From: Candidatus Zambryskiibacteriota bacterium
Lineage (GTDB): Bacteria > Patescibacteriota > Minisyncoccia > Phycocordibacterales > DATDWN01
Direction: 5' to 3'
Assembly: GCA_023267045.1 (NCBI GenBank)
Contig: JAHFOB010000002.1
Span: forward strand, 2,032 to 66,031
DNA length: 64,000 nt
Both the position numbers and the translations under genes were made by a program. This document shows, in pieces, positions 8,987 to 17,540 of this stretch. The notes beneath the pieces were generated by a model. It saw only the letters and a list, made by a program, of their open reading frames with translations, was not told the DNA's origin and made no database searches. Positions within the stretch are counted from its first letter, which is position 1; every line of letters begins with the position of its first letter.

Positions 8987-9529
8987 ATGAAAAAGTCACT
9001 TATTTATTTTATTTTATTTTCAGGTGTATTTGTTACTCTAACTTTTTTGTCGTATCTTCTTGTTCAACAGGATTTGCGAATGTCGGCTAACGATCCACAA
9101 ATACAGCTAGCAGAGGATGATGCACGAGCTCTTTCTCTTGGCGCAGTGCCAGCTTCTGTAGTTAGTCGTGGTAAAAGTATTAATATTTCAGAAAGTTTAG
9201 CTCCTTTTGTTATTGTCTATGATAACAAAGGCCTAGCTCTTGAATCTGAAGCAAAACTTCACAACTCTATTCCCATACCACCAAAAGGTGTTTTTGACTA
9301 CACCAGAACAAACGGCGAAGACAGAATAACTTGGCAACCAGAAGACGGTGTGCGTATGGCAACTGTCATAACTAGATGGCAATCCGGAAACAGTTCAGGT
9401 TTTGTTCTTGCCGGCAGGTCAATTCGAGAAGTTGAAAATAGAGCTCAAAATCTACTGCGGATTACTCTTGTCGTTACTCTCTGGCTTGTTGGTTTAAGTT
9501 TGATTTTGGCTATAGTTTTGCCGAAATAA
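8987..9529 (+). CDS. membrane protein with extracytoplasmic sensor-like domain
   Basis: Two TM flanking ANDPQIQ...RITWQPE..GRS; ATG 6 nt after TATAAT. Confidence 0.75.
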   Translation: MKKSLIYFILFSGVFVTLTFLSYLLVQQDLRMSANDPQIQLAEDDARALSLGAVPASVVSRGKSINISESLAPFVIVYDNKGLALESEAKLHNSIPIPPKGVFDYTRTNGEDRITWQPEDGVRMATVITRWQSGNSSGFVLAGRSIREVENRAQNLLRITLVVTLWLVGLSLILAIVLPK

Positions 9530-9533
9530 TCAA

Positions 9534-10559
9534 ATGAACTTTGCAAAAAGAGAATGGATAATCACAGGGTCAGTCGTTGCTGTCGTTGTTCTCGCCTTTG
9601 GCATATATTTTTTTATAACTGGTAGCAAAACCCATCAACTCGTGGCAAAAAAAGATGCTGTACAGAAAGATCTAGAAAGTGCTAAACAGGTTTTGACTGA
9701 TGAAACTGAAACTCTGAACAACATGGTTATCGGTTTACGAAACTCTTTTTCTTTCGCCATGTCTATTCAGGATCAAATAAAGATAACTAAAGGTTTGGTG
9801 GCACAGACAGACTTTCTCTTCACCGGCCCAAACGGTAACAACCCAAAGATGATTTTTAAAAATTCAGACAGTGATATTTTAATAAACGCCGAAAGAAGAG
9901 ACATAAATATTATTTTGGAAGAGTGGCAGAAAAAAATCAGTCTTTCCGCACTTAACGACCTAGATGAACAAGAAGCTCGTTTGATAGAGGAACAGACTAG
10001 AATAGTACAGAGATATATAGAAGATATTACAGAAATAGTTAATACTTCAACTCCAGAAAACTCTGGTTTGACTGTGGCAAAAATAGAAGACTATAAATCC
10101 AAACTTCCTGGAGCAGATTCTGTTACCGATGTTATAACTTCTATAGCTCAAGCGGTTGTTGATAACCAGAATAAAAACACACAGAACAATACTTCTCCAG
10201 TTGTTGCCTATGTTCAAACCATATATCCAGAAATGCAGGCTTCGACCACAGGAAGCTTTACTCCACAAACACCTTCCATTACTCCAGAGGACGTTATTGC
10301 CCAACAAGCTATAGTTGATGCTGCTCAAGCGCAAGTTGACGCTCTGCAAAAACAGCTTGAACAAATAAACCAGCAGATAGCCGATCAAAATAAAACAAAT
10401 ACAGCTACAACCACAGTAGTAAATCAAAATCAGGATGGGCAAACTACTAATTACAACTACTCGAACTATAGTGGTAGTTACATATATAGTCAGGGGGAAT
10501 CAGGTTTTCAGGATCTTATTGCAAAACCTGGTGTGCCACAACCTCTCCAAGGAAATTAA
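9534..10559 (+). CDS. membrane-anchored coiled-coil protein
   Basis: N-terminal TM, Q/N/T-rich coiled coil. Confidence 0.75.
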   Translation: MNFAKREWIITGSVVAVVVLAFGIYFFITGSKTHQLVAKKDAVQKDLESAKQVLTDETETLNNMVIGLRNSFSFAMSIQDQIKITKGLVAQTDFLFTGPNGNNPKMIFKNSDSDILINAERRDINIILEEWQKKISLSALNDLDEQEARLIEEQTRIVQRYIEDITEIVNTSTPENSGLTVAKIEDYKSKLPGADSVTDVITSIAQAVVDNQNKNTQNNTSPVVAYVQTIYPEMQASTTGSFTPQTPSITPEDVIAQQAIVDAAQAQVDALQKQLEQINQQIADQNKTNTATTTVVNQNQDGQTTNYNYSNYSGSYIYSQGESGFQDLIAKPGVPQPLQGN

Positions 10560-10586
10560 TAAAAGCCCCGGTTTCGGGGCTTTTAT
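10560..10586. terminator. bidirectional intrinsic terminator
   Basis: AAAAGCCCCG-GTTT-CGGGGCTTTT between convergent genes. Confidence 0.85.
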
Positions 10587-11365
10587 TATTTGTGATTCTG
10601 ACAATAAACATACATCGCATCTCGCATAAAGACAGCTAGTCCTTTTGCATATTTTTCGAAATATGCAGTGAAGCGTGGGTCGTCGACATACATTTGGGCA
10701 AGTCCACGGTACATTTCTATGTTTGGTTCATAAAATGTTCGCAGGTTGTTGTAGTGTCTGTCTATCAACTTCTGAACGTCACGACTTTCAGGACCTTTGT
10801 TCATATTTGCCACGATCTCTTTCATAAGTTCATCACCATTTTTTTTCATAGTAAACATGTCTTCTTTGGACATTTTCTTTACCTTTTCCTGTGACTGTTT
10901 ATAAGCTTCGGTATTTCCCCATCTCTCTTTTGCTTCTTTTGCATATTTTTTATCATGCTCTTTAAATGACTGGTATAATTCTTCATCTTTCATAGTAGTT
11001 TCTTTTTTGGTCATACGGCCACTGCTCGCTTGCAGCGGTTGTATTCTTTTAATTGTTTTATCAATTGTCTGAACAAGTTTTTCTAGCCTAATTTTTTTGA
11101 TTTCAATAAGTTTTTTGTGATCTCTCAAAGCTGCAGTCGTATCAAACTTTGGATCATCCATTATCTTCTTTATTTCTACGATAGGGAAGTCAAGCTCTCG
11201 AAAAAACATTATTTGCTGTAGTTTCAAAAGCTCTTTTTCCTCATAGAACCTATATCCATTATTTTTTACTCGGCTAGGTTCAAGAAGCCCGACTTCGTCA
11301 TAGTAGTGAAGCGTACGGACTGTAACTCCTGAAATATTGGCTAGTTTTTGAACTGTGTAAGACAT
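10586..11365 (-). CDS. MerR family regulator with TipAS domain (Mta/TipA-like)
   Basis: SGVTVRTLHYYDEVGLL HTH; EAKERWG, GLAQMYVDDPRF. Confidence 0.93.
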   Translation of the reverse strand: MSYTVQKLANISGVTVRTLHYYDEVGLLEPSRVKNNGYRFYEEKELLKLQQIMFFRELDFPIVEIKKIMDDPKFDTTAALRDHKKLIEIKKIRLEKLVQTIDKTIKRIQPLQASSGRMTKKETTMKDEELYQSFKEHDKKYAKEAKERWGNTEAYKQSQEKVKKMSKEDMFTMKKNGDELMKEIVANMNKGPESRDVQKLIDRHYNNLRTFYEPNIEMYRGLAQMYVDDPRFTAYFEKYAKGLAVFMRDAMYVYCQNHK

Positions 11366-11428
11366 TAATAAAATTTTTAATTTCCAATTTTTAATTTTTA
11401 AACTAAGACCTTCGACCTAGGCTATCAC

Positions 11429-11459
11429 ACTATAAACTATGACGCAACGTCAGAGTCAA
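11429..11459 (-). promoter_or_regulatory. MerR-type promoter with 19-bp spacer and dyad operator
   Basis: Minus strand TTGACT-19bp-TATAGT containing TGACG-TTG-CGTCA. Confidence 0.85.
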
Positions 11460-11554
11460 GAGATTTTACATAGATGATTTATTACTGTAGTCTTTAAAAT
11501 GGAGTCAACGTTTTTAACGAGGATCAGATCAATGATGCTTACTTGGGAGGTAAA

Positions 11555-12304
11555 ATGAAGAACTTTGACTTACACGAGAGATTAGCAATTGCGTGTGACT
11601 TTGAATCATTGCCTGGAGAAAATGCAGCAGCGGCAAAAGTTCGCCTGTTTCAGTTTCTCGAAAAAATTAGAGATTTTCGAGGTCACATTAAAGTTGAGTC
11701 TCTCTTGCGGCAGTGTGGCTATCCGTTCATCCAGGAAATTCAGAAAGCAGGCTTTCTCGTTTTTGCTGATCTCAAGCTTTATGGAACAAACAAAACGTTA
11801 AAGCTGGATGGGCAGTTTCTCTCCCTGTATGAGCCAGATATGTTGTCTGTGGCATGCTCGGTTGGAGTAGAATCGTTGAGGCTCTTGAAAGGCTTGTTGC
11901 CTCATACTGAGGTTGTTGGAATTACTTTTCCAACCAATCTAGATGAACAAGATGCAAGAGCTTTCCACTTACGCTCGATTGCAGAAACAGTAGATTTTTT
12001 CACCAAACTAGCTGATTTTGCAGGAATTGACGGGATTGTTTGCGGAGGCAAGGAAATCCCCATTGTCCCTGTAAATCTACACACGCTTTCTGTGAACGTC
12101 GTAAATGTACGACCGGATTGGGCAAAGGTAAGAGGGGATGATCAAAATTCTCTTCGATCTGTCACACCACGAGAAGCAATTCTGGGGTTTGCAGATAGAG
12201 TAATTGTTGGTCGCCCAATCACAGACGCCAAAAATCCAATGGATGCAATCAAGCGTATTCTCGATGAGATCAACTTAGCGTATGCAGACAGTTATTTAGG
12301 CTAA
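11555..12304 (+). CDS. orotidine-5'-phosphate decarboxylase-like protein (divergent active site)
   Basis: AIACD, HIKV, FADLKLYG, DQ..TPREAI..AD.VIVGRPI; GGAGG SD before ATG 11555. Confidence 0.75.
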   Translation: MKNFDLHERLAIACDFESLPGENAAAAKVRLFQFLEKIRDFRGHIKVESLLRQCGYPFIQEIQKAGFLVFADLKLYGTNKTLKLDGQFLSLYEPDMLSVACSVGVESLRLLKGLLPHTEVVGITFPTNLDEQDARAFHLRSIAETVDFFTKLADFAGIDGIVCGGKEIPIVPVNLHTLSVNVVNVRPDWAKVRGDDQNSLRSVTPREAILGFADRVIVGRPITDAKNPMDAIKRILDEINLAYADSYLG

Positions 12305-12388
12305 AACAAGTTCGAAAATAGCTCGCACACTTCGGTGTTCGGGCTATTGCTTTATGTAAGAAATATTTTTGATAGTACATTGTATTAG

Positions 12389-12973
12389 ATGTATAGTAAA
12401 CAAATGAATAGCCATACGGATATCTCTGATGAGGAGCTAGCTAGGCTTGTCCAAAATGGGGATAAGGAAAAGTTCGGTGTACTTATGGAGCGTTATAGTA
12501 CAAAGCTTTTTCGTTATGGTAGAAAATTTATTTCTGGTGATGACAATATAGAAGATGTTGTTCAAGACGTATTCATAAAAACATATAAAAATATAAAAAG
12601 TTTTGATACATCGCAAAAATTTTCACCGTGGATTTATCGAATCGCTCACAACACATATATAAATGCTATAAAAAAGAATTCTCTGAACCCGATGTATCTT
12701 TTTGACTTCGACACACTGATTTCACATACAGTTGTTGAGGATCCAATAGTTCGTGAACGTGAACAGAAAGAAATGAAAGAGATTGTGGACAAGGGACTCT
12801 CTCAAATCGAGCCGAAATATCGAGAAATTCTAGTACTCTACTATATCGAAGAGTTAAGTTACAAAGAAATATCCGATATTCTGCACATTCCGATAGGTAC
12901 AGTAGGGGTAAGAATCATGAGAGCCAAGGAAATACTGAAAGGAAAATACAAAGAGATGAAAATAGAAATATAA
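12389..12973 (+). CDS. ECF RNA polymerase sigma factor
   Basis: EDVVQDVFIK, FSPWIYRIAHN, LSYKEISDILHIPIGTV. Confidence 0.93.
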   Translation: MYSKQMNSHTDISDEELARLVQNGDKEKFGVLMERYSTKLFRYGRKFISGDDNIEDVVQDVFIKTYKNIKSFDTSQKFSPWIYRIAHNTYINAIKKNSLNPMYLFDFDTLISHTVVEDPIVREREQKEMKEIVDKGLSQIEPKYREILVLYYIEELSYKEISDILHIPIGTVGVRIMRAKEILKGKYKEMKIEI

Positions 12974-12976
12974 AAC

Positions 12977-13705
12977 ATGGAACAAGAAAATAACACACAA
13001 AATAATAGTTTCAAACAAAAAATTCTAGAAAAGATAGAAACAGGGGAAGTGAAAATGAGATCAAAAACCTTTTTCTTTCTCAGAGTCTCTTTTCTAGTAG
13101 TTCTTGCTGTCATGGTTTTTGTTTTGTCAGTTCTTCTAGTCAGCTATATTCTGTTTAGTCTGAAAGCTGCTGGGCATTTGTATTTACTTGGTTTTGGTTT
13201 TCGCGGTTTTTATGAATTTTTACTTGTTTTTCCTTGGTTTGTCTTGATCATAGATATTTTACTTCTTGTCTTTTTTGATTGGTTGGTTAAGCGATGGAAG
13301 TTGGGCTATCATAGCCCGATTATTTACTTGTTTTCTGGGTCAGTTGTGCTCATTGTCCTACTTGGTTCTATTGTCGACAGAACTTCGTTTCACCAAAGTA
13401 TGATGTATAGAGCAGAAAATCGTAATTTACCAATGATGAGTAGTTTTTACAACGGTTTACGTAAATCACATAGAGAATACGGCATTTTCCGTGGTTTTGT
13501 CACGGCGATAGACATGAATACTTTCACTATAAAACACAGTGACTATGACATAGACAGTGATGACGGGTTGAGCAGAGTAGTTATGCCAACAAATTTTGAT
13601 GTTAGGGCTATTTTGCAAGTTGGAGATCAAGTTTTTATTGCTGGTGATGTTGTAAACGGCGAGATAAGAGCATACGGTATAAGGAAATTGAATCCAGATG
13701 AATAG
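12977..13705 (+). CDS. membrane protein, probable anti-sigma factor
   Basis: Directly follows the ECF sigma; TM helices and C-terminal OB-like region. Confidence 0.65.
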   Translation: MEQENNTQNNSFKQKILEKIETGEVKMRSKTFFFLRVSFLVVLAVMVFVLSVLLVSYILFSLKAAGHLYLLGFGFRGFYEFLLVFPWFVLIIDILLLVFFDWLVKRWKLGYHSPIIYLFSGSVVLIVLLGSIVDRTSFHQSMMYRAENRNLPMMSSFYNGLRKSHREYGIFRGFVTAIDMNTFTIKHSDYDIDSDDGLSRVVMPTNFDVRAILQVGDQVFIAGDVVNGEIRAYGIRKLNPDE

Positions 13706-13767
13706 CCAAATTTCGGTGAAATAAATTCTTTTTCTTGTTGTATCTATAGGGGTAGAGCCATAATACA

Positions 13768-14157
13768 ATGAAAGAAAAAAGATATAAAAGAATGAGAAAA
13801 GCCATTATAGCTTCGGCTGGGACCAGTATTGTCACAGGAATGCTTTTTTTTGGGGCAGGAAACACGGCTTTGGCTGAGAGTTCAGATCTTTCTGTAGCAC
13901 CGTATAGTCAAAATACCACTGCAAAAGGTATGCACATGATGCATCGTTGGAATTCTGTCGGTAGAGCTGGTAGTTTAGCAGTACATTTAGGCCTCGATCC
14001 AGAAAAAGTTAAAACTGAGCTAAAAGATGGTAAGACTCTAAAGCAAATTTTACAAGAGAACGGCATAGTGCCAGGTCAACTACAAAAAGCTTTTGAAAGC
14101 AAGAAAAGCTACAACAAAAGAATGTGGAAAAAAATGAATGGAACTGGTACACTATAA
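13768..14157 (+). CDS. secreted hypothetical protein
   Basis: Signal peptide; LGLDPEKVKTELKDGKTLKQI. Confidence 0.7.
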   Translation: MKEKRYKRMRKAIIASAGTSIVTGMLFFGAGNTALAESSDLSVAPYSQNTTAKGMHMMHRWNSVGRAGSLAVHLGLDPEKVKTELKDGKTLKQILQENGIVPGQLQKAFESKKSYNKRMWKKMNGTGTL

Positions 14158-14189
14158 AAATAAATTCTATTATTAATATTCAGTAATTC

Positions 14190-14684
14190 ATGGAAGGACA
14201 AAAGAAAAGTAGATCGGTAGTATGGGTAGTTATCGCGCTTGTCGTTGCTGTAGCGACATACGGAGCTTTTAAGTATGTAAAAAGAAATAATACTATTGTT
14301 GATAATACAATCAATTTGCCACAAGCAACACCTACACCTACTCCGACTCCTGTCCCAGCAACACCAGCCCCAAAACCAATTTCATCTACATATAAAAATG
14401 GCAACTATTCAGCCAGTGGGTTTTATAACTCACCAGGTGGCACAGAACAAATAAATGTTAGTGTCACTTTGAAAGATGGTGTTATCACAGATGCCACGGT
14501 CACATCTCTAGCTCGTAGATCAGAAGCAAGGTTTTATCAAGGGGAGTTTATTTCTGGATTTAGTTCGTATGTTGTTGGTAAAAGTATAGATAATGTTGTT
14601 TTGTCAAAAGTTTCTGGTTCGTCACTTACACCAAGGGGTTGGAATAATGCGATAGCACAGATAAAAGTTCAGGCAAAGGCATAA
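14190..14684 (+). CDS. membrane-anchored FMN-binding domain protein
   Basis: TM, PT linker, YKNGNY..VSVTLKDGVI..VSGSSLT flavinylation-type motif. Confidence 0.85.
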   Translation: MEGQKKSRSVVWVVIALVVAVATYGAFKYVKRNNTIVDNTINLPQATPTPTPTPVPATPAPKPISSTYKNGNYSASGFYNSPGGTEQINVSVTLKDGVITDATVTSLARRSEARFYQGEFISGFSSYVVGKSIDNVVLSKVSGSSLTPRGWNNAIAQIKVQAKA

Positions 14685-14720
14685 AGAATAAATCTCTTAC
14701 TCTCGACGAGATTTATTCTT
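14684..14720. repeat. short hairpin matching outer arms of the ~124-bp repeat family
   Basis: AAGAATAAATCTC-TTACTCTCGAC-GAGATTTATTCTT. Confidence 0.6.
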
Positions 14721-14728
14721 CAAAAAAT

Positions 14729-15592
14729 ATGACAAAATTTGAATTTGAGGCTATTGGGACTTCGTGGGTAATAGATATAGACAAAGATCTCTCGGATAAA
14801 GAGAAGGAAAATCTTTTGCTAAAAATAAAAGATAGAATAGATATTTTTGATATCGCATATTCGCGGTTCCGCGAAGATTCGCTTGTAACAAAAATGTCAA
14901 AAGAAGCGGGGGAATTTACTTTGCCGGATGATGCGGACAAAATGATTTCGCTTTATAAAAAAATGTATGACGTAACAGGTGGTTTGGTTACGCCACTTAT
15001 TGGTGATGTTTTGTCTGATGCTGGTTATGACGCAGACTATTCTCTTCAGCCGAAATCATTAAAAAAACCAAAAAGTTGGGATGAAGTTATAAAATGGCAA
15101 AACCCAAAACTAAAATTAAATTATCCGACGATTTTGGATTTTGGTGCAGGTGGTAAGGGTTATTTGGTAGATATTGTCTCTGAAATATTGGAAGAAAATG
15201 GAATAGATTCGTATTGTGTGGATGCCAGTGGTGACATGAAACGTAGAGGTCAAGAGGGATTACGTGTTGGTTTAGAACATCCAGAAGAGACAAATAAAGT
15301 TATTGGGGTTGTTACAATTTCAAATCAAAGTTTGTGTGGTTCTGCAGGCAATCGTCGAAAATGGGCCGATTTTCATCACATTATAAATCCAAAAACTCTT
15401 TCTTCACCAAAAAATATTTTGGCAGTTTGGATAGTTGCTGAAAACACATTACTCGCTGATCTTTTAACCACAGGATTATTTTTTGTCGAGCCGGAAATTT
15501 TGAAAAAACATTTTAATTTTGAATACATTATTTTGAAAAATGATTATTCTATAGAGAAATCAGGTGGATTAGAAGTGGAATTATTTACGTAA
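14729..15592 (+). CDS. apbE: FAD:protein FMN transferase
   Basis: FEAIGT, SRFREDS, LDFGAGGKGYLVD, HHIINP. Confidence 0.92.
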   Translation: MTKFEFEAIGTSWVIDIDKDLSDKEKENLLLKIKDRIDIFDIAYSRFREDSLVTKMSKEAGEFTLPDDADKMISLYKKMYDVTGGLVTPLIGDVLSDAGYDADYSLQPKSLKKPKSWDEVIKWQNPKLKLNYPTILDFGAGGKGYLVDIVSEILEENGIDSYCVDASGDMKRRGQEGLRVGLEHPEETNKVIGVVTISNQSLCGSAGNRRKWADFHHIINPKTLSSPKNILAVWIVAENTLLADLLTTGLFFVEPEILKKHFNFEYIILKNDYSIEKSGGLEVELFT

Positions 15593-15611
15593 GAAAGTGG
15601 TAATATATAGG

Positions 15612-15723
15612 ATGAATCCCGTTAGAAATATCGGAGATTCAGTGTTACCACGGTCAGGTTAACTTTAATCATTAACATAAGGAGTTATTATTAAATATAT
15701 GATCTCCTATTTCTAACGGGATG
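15612..15723 (+). repeat. start-codon hairpin element copy 1
   Basis: ATGAATCCCGTTAGAAATA...TATTTCTAACGGG-ATG; inner GGAGAT/ATCTCC. Confidence 0.92.
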
Positions 15724-17253
15724 AAGTTCATAGATAATTTTCTAAACGGCATAACCATGTACAAATTGGTTTTGTACGGACTTTTGGTTTTGGCCGTGTT
15801 TTCTATAGCTCTAAGTTTTGCAGGAATTTTATCGTACAGTCCTCAAAGTTTGTCCAGTTCTTTTATTATTTTGTTAATAGTTTGTTACATAACAAACTAT
15901 CTTTTTTCCAAAGTATTTAGAGTTTCTGTAAATAGTGAATCATATTTCATAACCAGTCTGATATTGTTTTTGATATTGTTTCCTGTAGGTAGTTTATCTC
16001 AACTATGGGTTTCTATTATTGTTGCCACTATAGCAATGGCTTCAAAATATCTTTTGGCAATAAATCAAAAGCATATTTTCAATCCTACCGCTATCGCAAT
16101 TTTTATCATTGGTTTTTTCGGTTATGGTTCGGCCATCTGGTGGATTGGTAGTTCCTATATGATTGTGCCAGTTGTCATTCTCGGTTTTCTAGTTATACGC
16201 AAAGTTCGCCGTTTTGCTTTGTTTTCTTCTTTTCTTCTGGCGGGTGTTGCCAGTATTTCTGTCTTTAGTTTATATCACGGTTTCAACCTAGTTGAAGTTT
16301 TGAAACAAACTTTTCTTTCAGGGCCGATACTTTTCTTCGGCAGTATTATGTTGACAGAACCACTAACGACTCCGCCAAGTGTTGGTCTTCAGGTAGCGTA
16401 TGGCGTTTTAGTCGGAATATTTTTTGGTGCAGAGTTTCAATTTGGCCCATTATATTCTTCACCAGCTCTAGCACTACTTATCGGTAATTTGTTTTCATAT
16501 ATTGTTAGTCCAAGAGCTCATTTAACATTGACTCTGCTTCGCAAAAATAAACTATCCCATGACGTCTATGACTTTGAGTGGAAAATATCTGGTCATAAAA
16601 CAGACAGAAAAATTGGCTTTATGGCGGGTCAGTATATGGAATGGACATTAGCTCACAAACATCCAGATATAAGAGGCAATCGGCGATTTTTTACTCTAGC
16701 TTCCTCTCCGACAGAAGAAAACTTACATCTTGGTATAAAGTTCTACAAAGACTCTAGTAGCTTCAAAAAAGCTCTAAATTCCATGGCTTTGGGTAGTAAA
16801 ATCGTGGCATCGCAAATAGCTGGGTCATTTACACTACCAAAAGACTCAAGCAAGAAGATGGTTTTTATTGCTGGTGGTATAGGTATTACACCGTTCAGAA
16901 GTATTATCAAATATCTGCTCGATAAAAAAGAGGATAGGGAGGCTGTACTTTTCTTTTCAAACAAAACAACAGAAGATATAGTTTACAAAGATATTTTTGA
17001 CGAAGCAGAAAATAAACTTGGGATAAAAACTATTTATGTCATAAACGATATGCAAGGCGGTGTTGAAACTTCAAAAATAAAAGCTGGAATTGTTACAAAA
17101 GAAATGATCGTAGCTGAAGCAACGGATTATAAAGATAGAATTTTCTATATTTCTGGTTCGCACGCGATGGTTGAATCTTTCAAAAACGTTTTACACAAAA
17201 TGGGTGTAAAAAGATCCCAAATCAAAACCGATTTTTTTCCGGGCTTTATGTAG
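15721..17253 (+). CDS. RnfD/NqrB-like membrane domain fused to ferredoxin-NAD(P) reductase domain
   Basis: KHIFNP, MLTEPLTTP; GQY, RFFTLASSP, IAGGIGITPF, FYISG. Confidence 0.88.
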   Translation: MKFIDNFLNGITMYKLVLYGLLVLAVFSIALSFAGILSYSPQSLSSSFIILLIVCYITNYLFSKVFRVSVNSESYFITSLILFLILFPVGSLSQLWVSIIVATIAMASKYLLAINQKHIFNPTAIAIFIIGFFGYGSAIWWIGSSYMIVPVVILGFLVIRKVRRFALFSSFLLAGVASISVFSLYHGFNLVEVLKQTFLSGPILFFGSIMLTEPLTTPPSVGLQVAYGVLVGIFFGAEFQFGPLYSSPALALLIGNLFSYIVSPRAHLTLTLLRKNKLSHDVYDFEWKISGHKTDRKIGFMAGQYMEWTLAHKHPDIRGNRRFFTLASSPTEENLHLGIKFYKDSSSFKKALNSMALGSKIVASQIAGSFTLPKDSSKKMVFIAGGIGITPFRSIIKYLLDKKEDREAVLFFSNKTTEDIVYKDIFDEAENKLGIKTIYVINDMQGGVETSKIKAGIVTKEMIVAEATDYKDRIFYISGSHAMVESFKNVLHKMGVKRSQIKTDFFPGFM

Positions 17254-17540
17254 AAATAAATATTGACTCTATCACACTACTGTATTCTCGTGATGTTTTT
17301 CTTTTTTCTACAATAATATCTGTAAATAGTGAAATATGACTAAAATAGTCGCTTTTTTAGCGATTTTTCGTCTTTTTCTCGTTTCCTATCAATTTTTTTA
17401 TTAATAATTAGCAAAAATACATGATTTTGTGGTGGTCAAGTCTTGCACTTAAAATACTTGAGTGTTATTTTATTGTTAAGAGTGTGTCGTTTTTTTGATT
17501 TAAGTTTTAATAATAAATTTATAAATTAGTTTTTTATAAC

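Noticed and set aside
15612-15723. Start-codon elements as in-frame N-terminal extensions
   Set aside because: Spacings of 107 and 109 nt are out of frame, and three of five upstream frames stop inside the element
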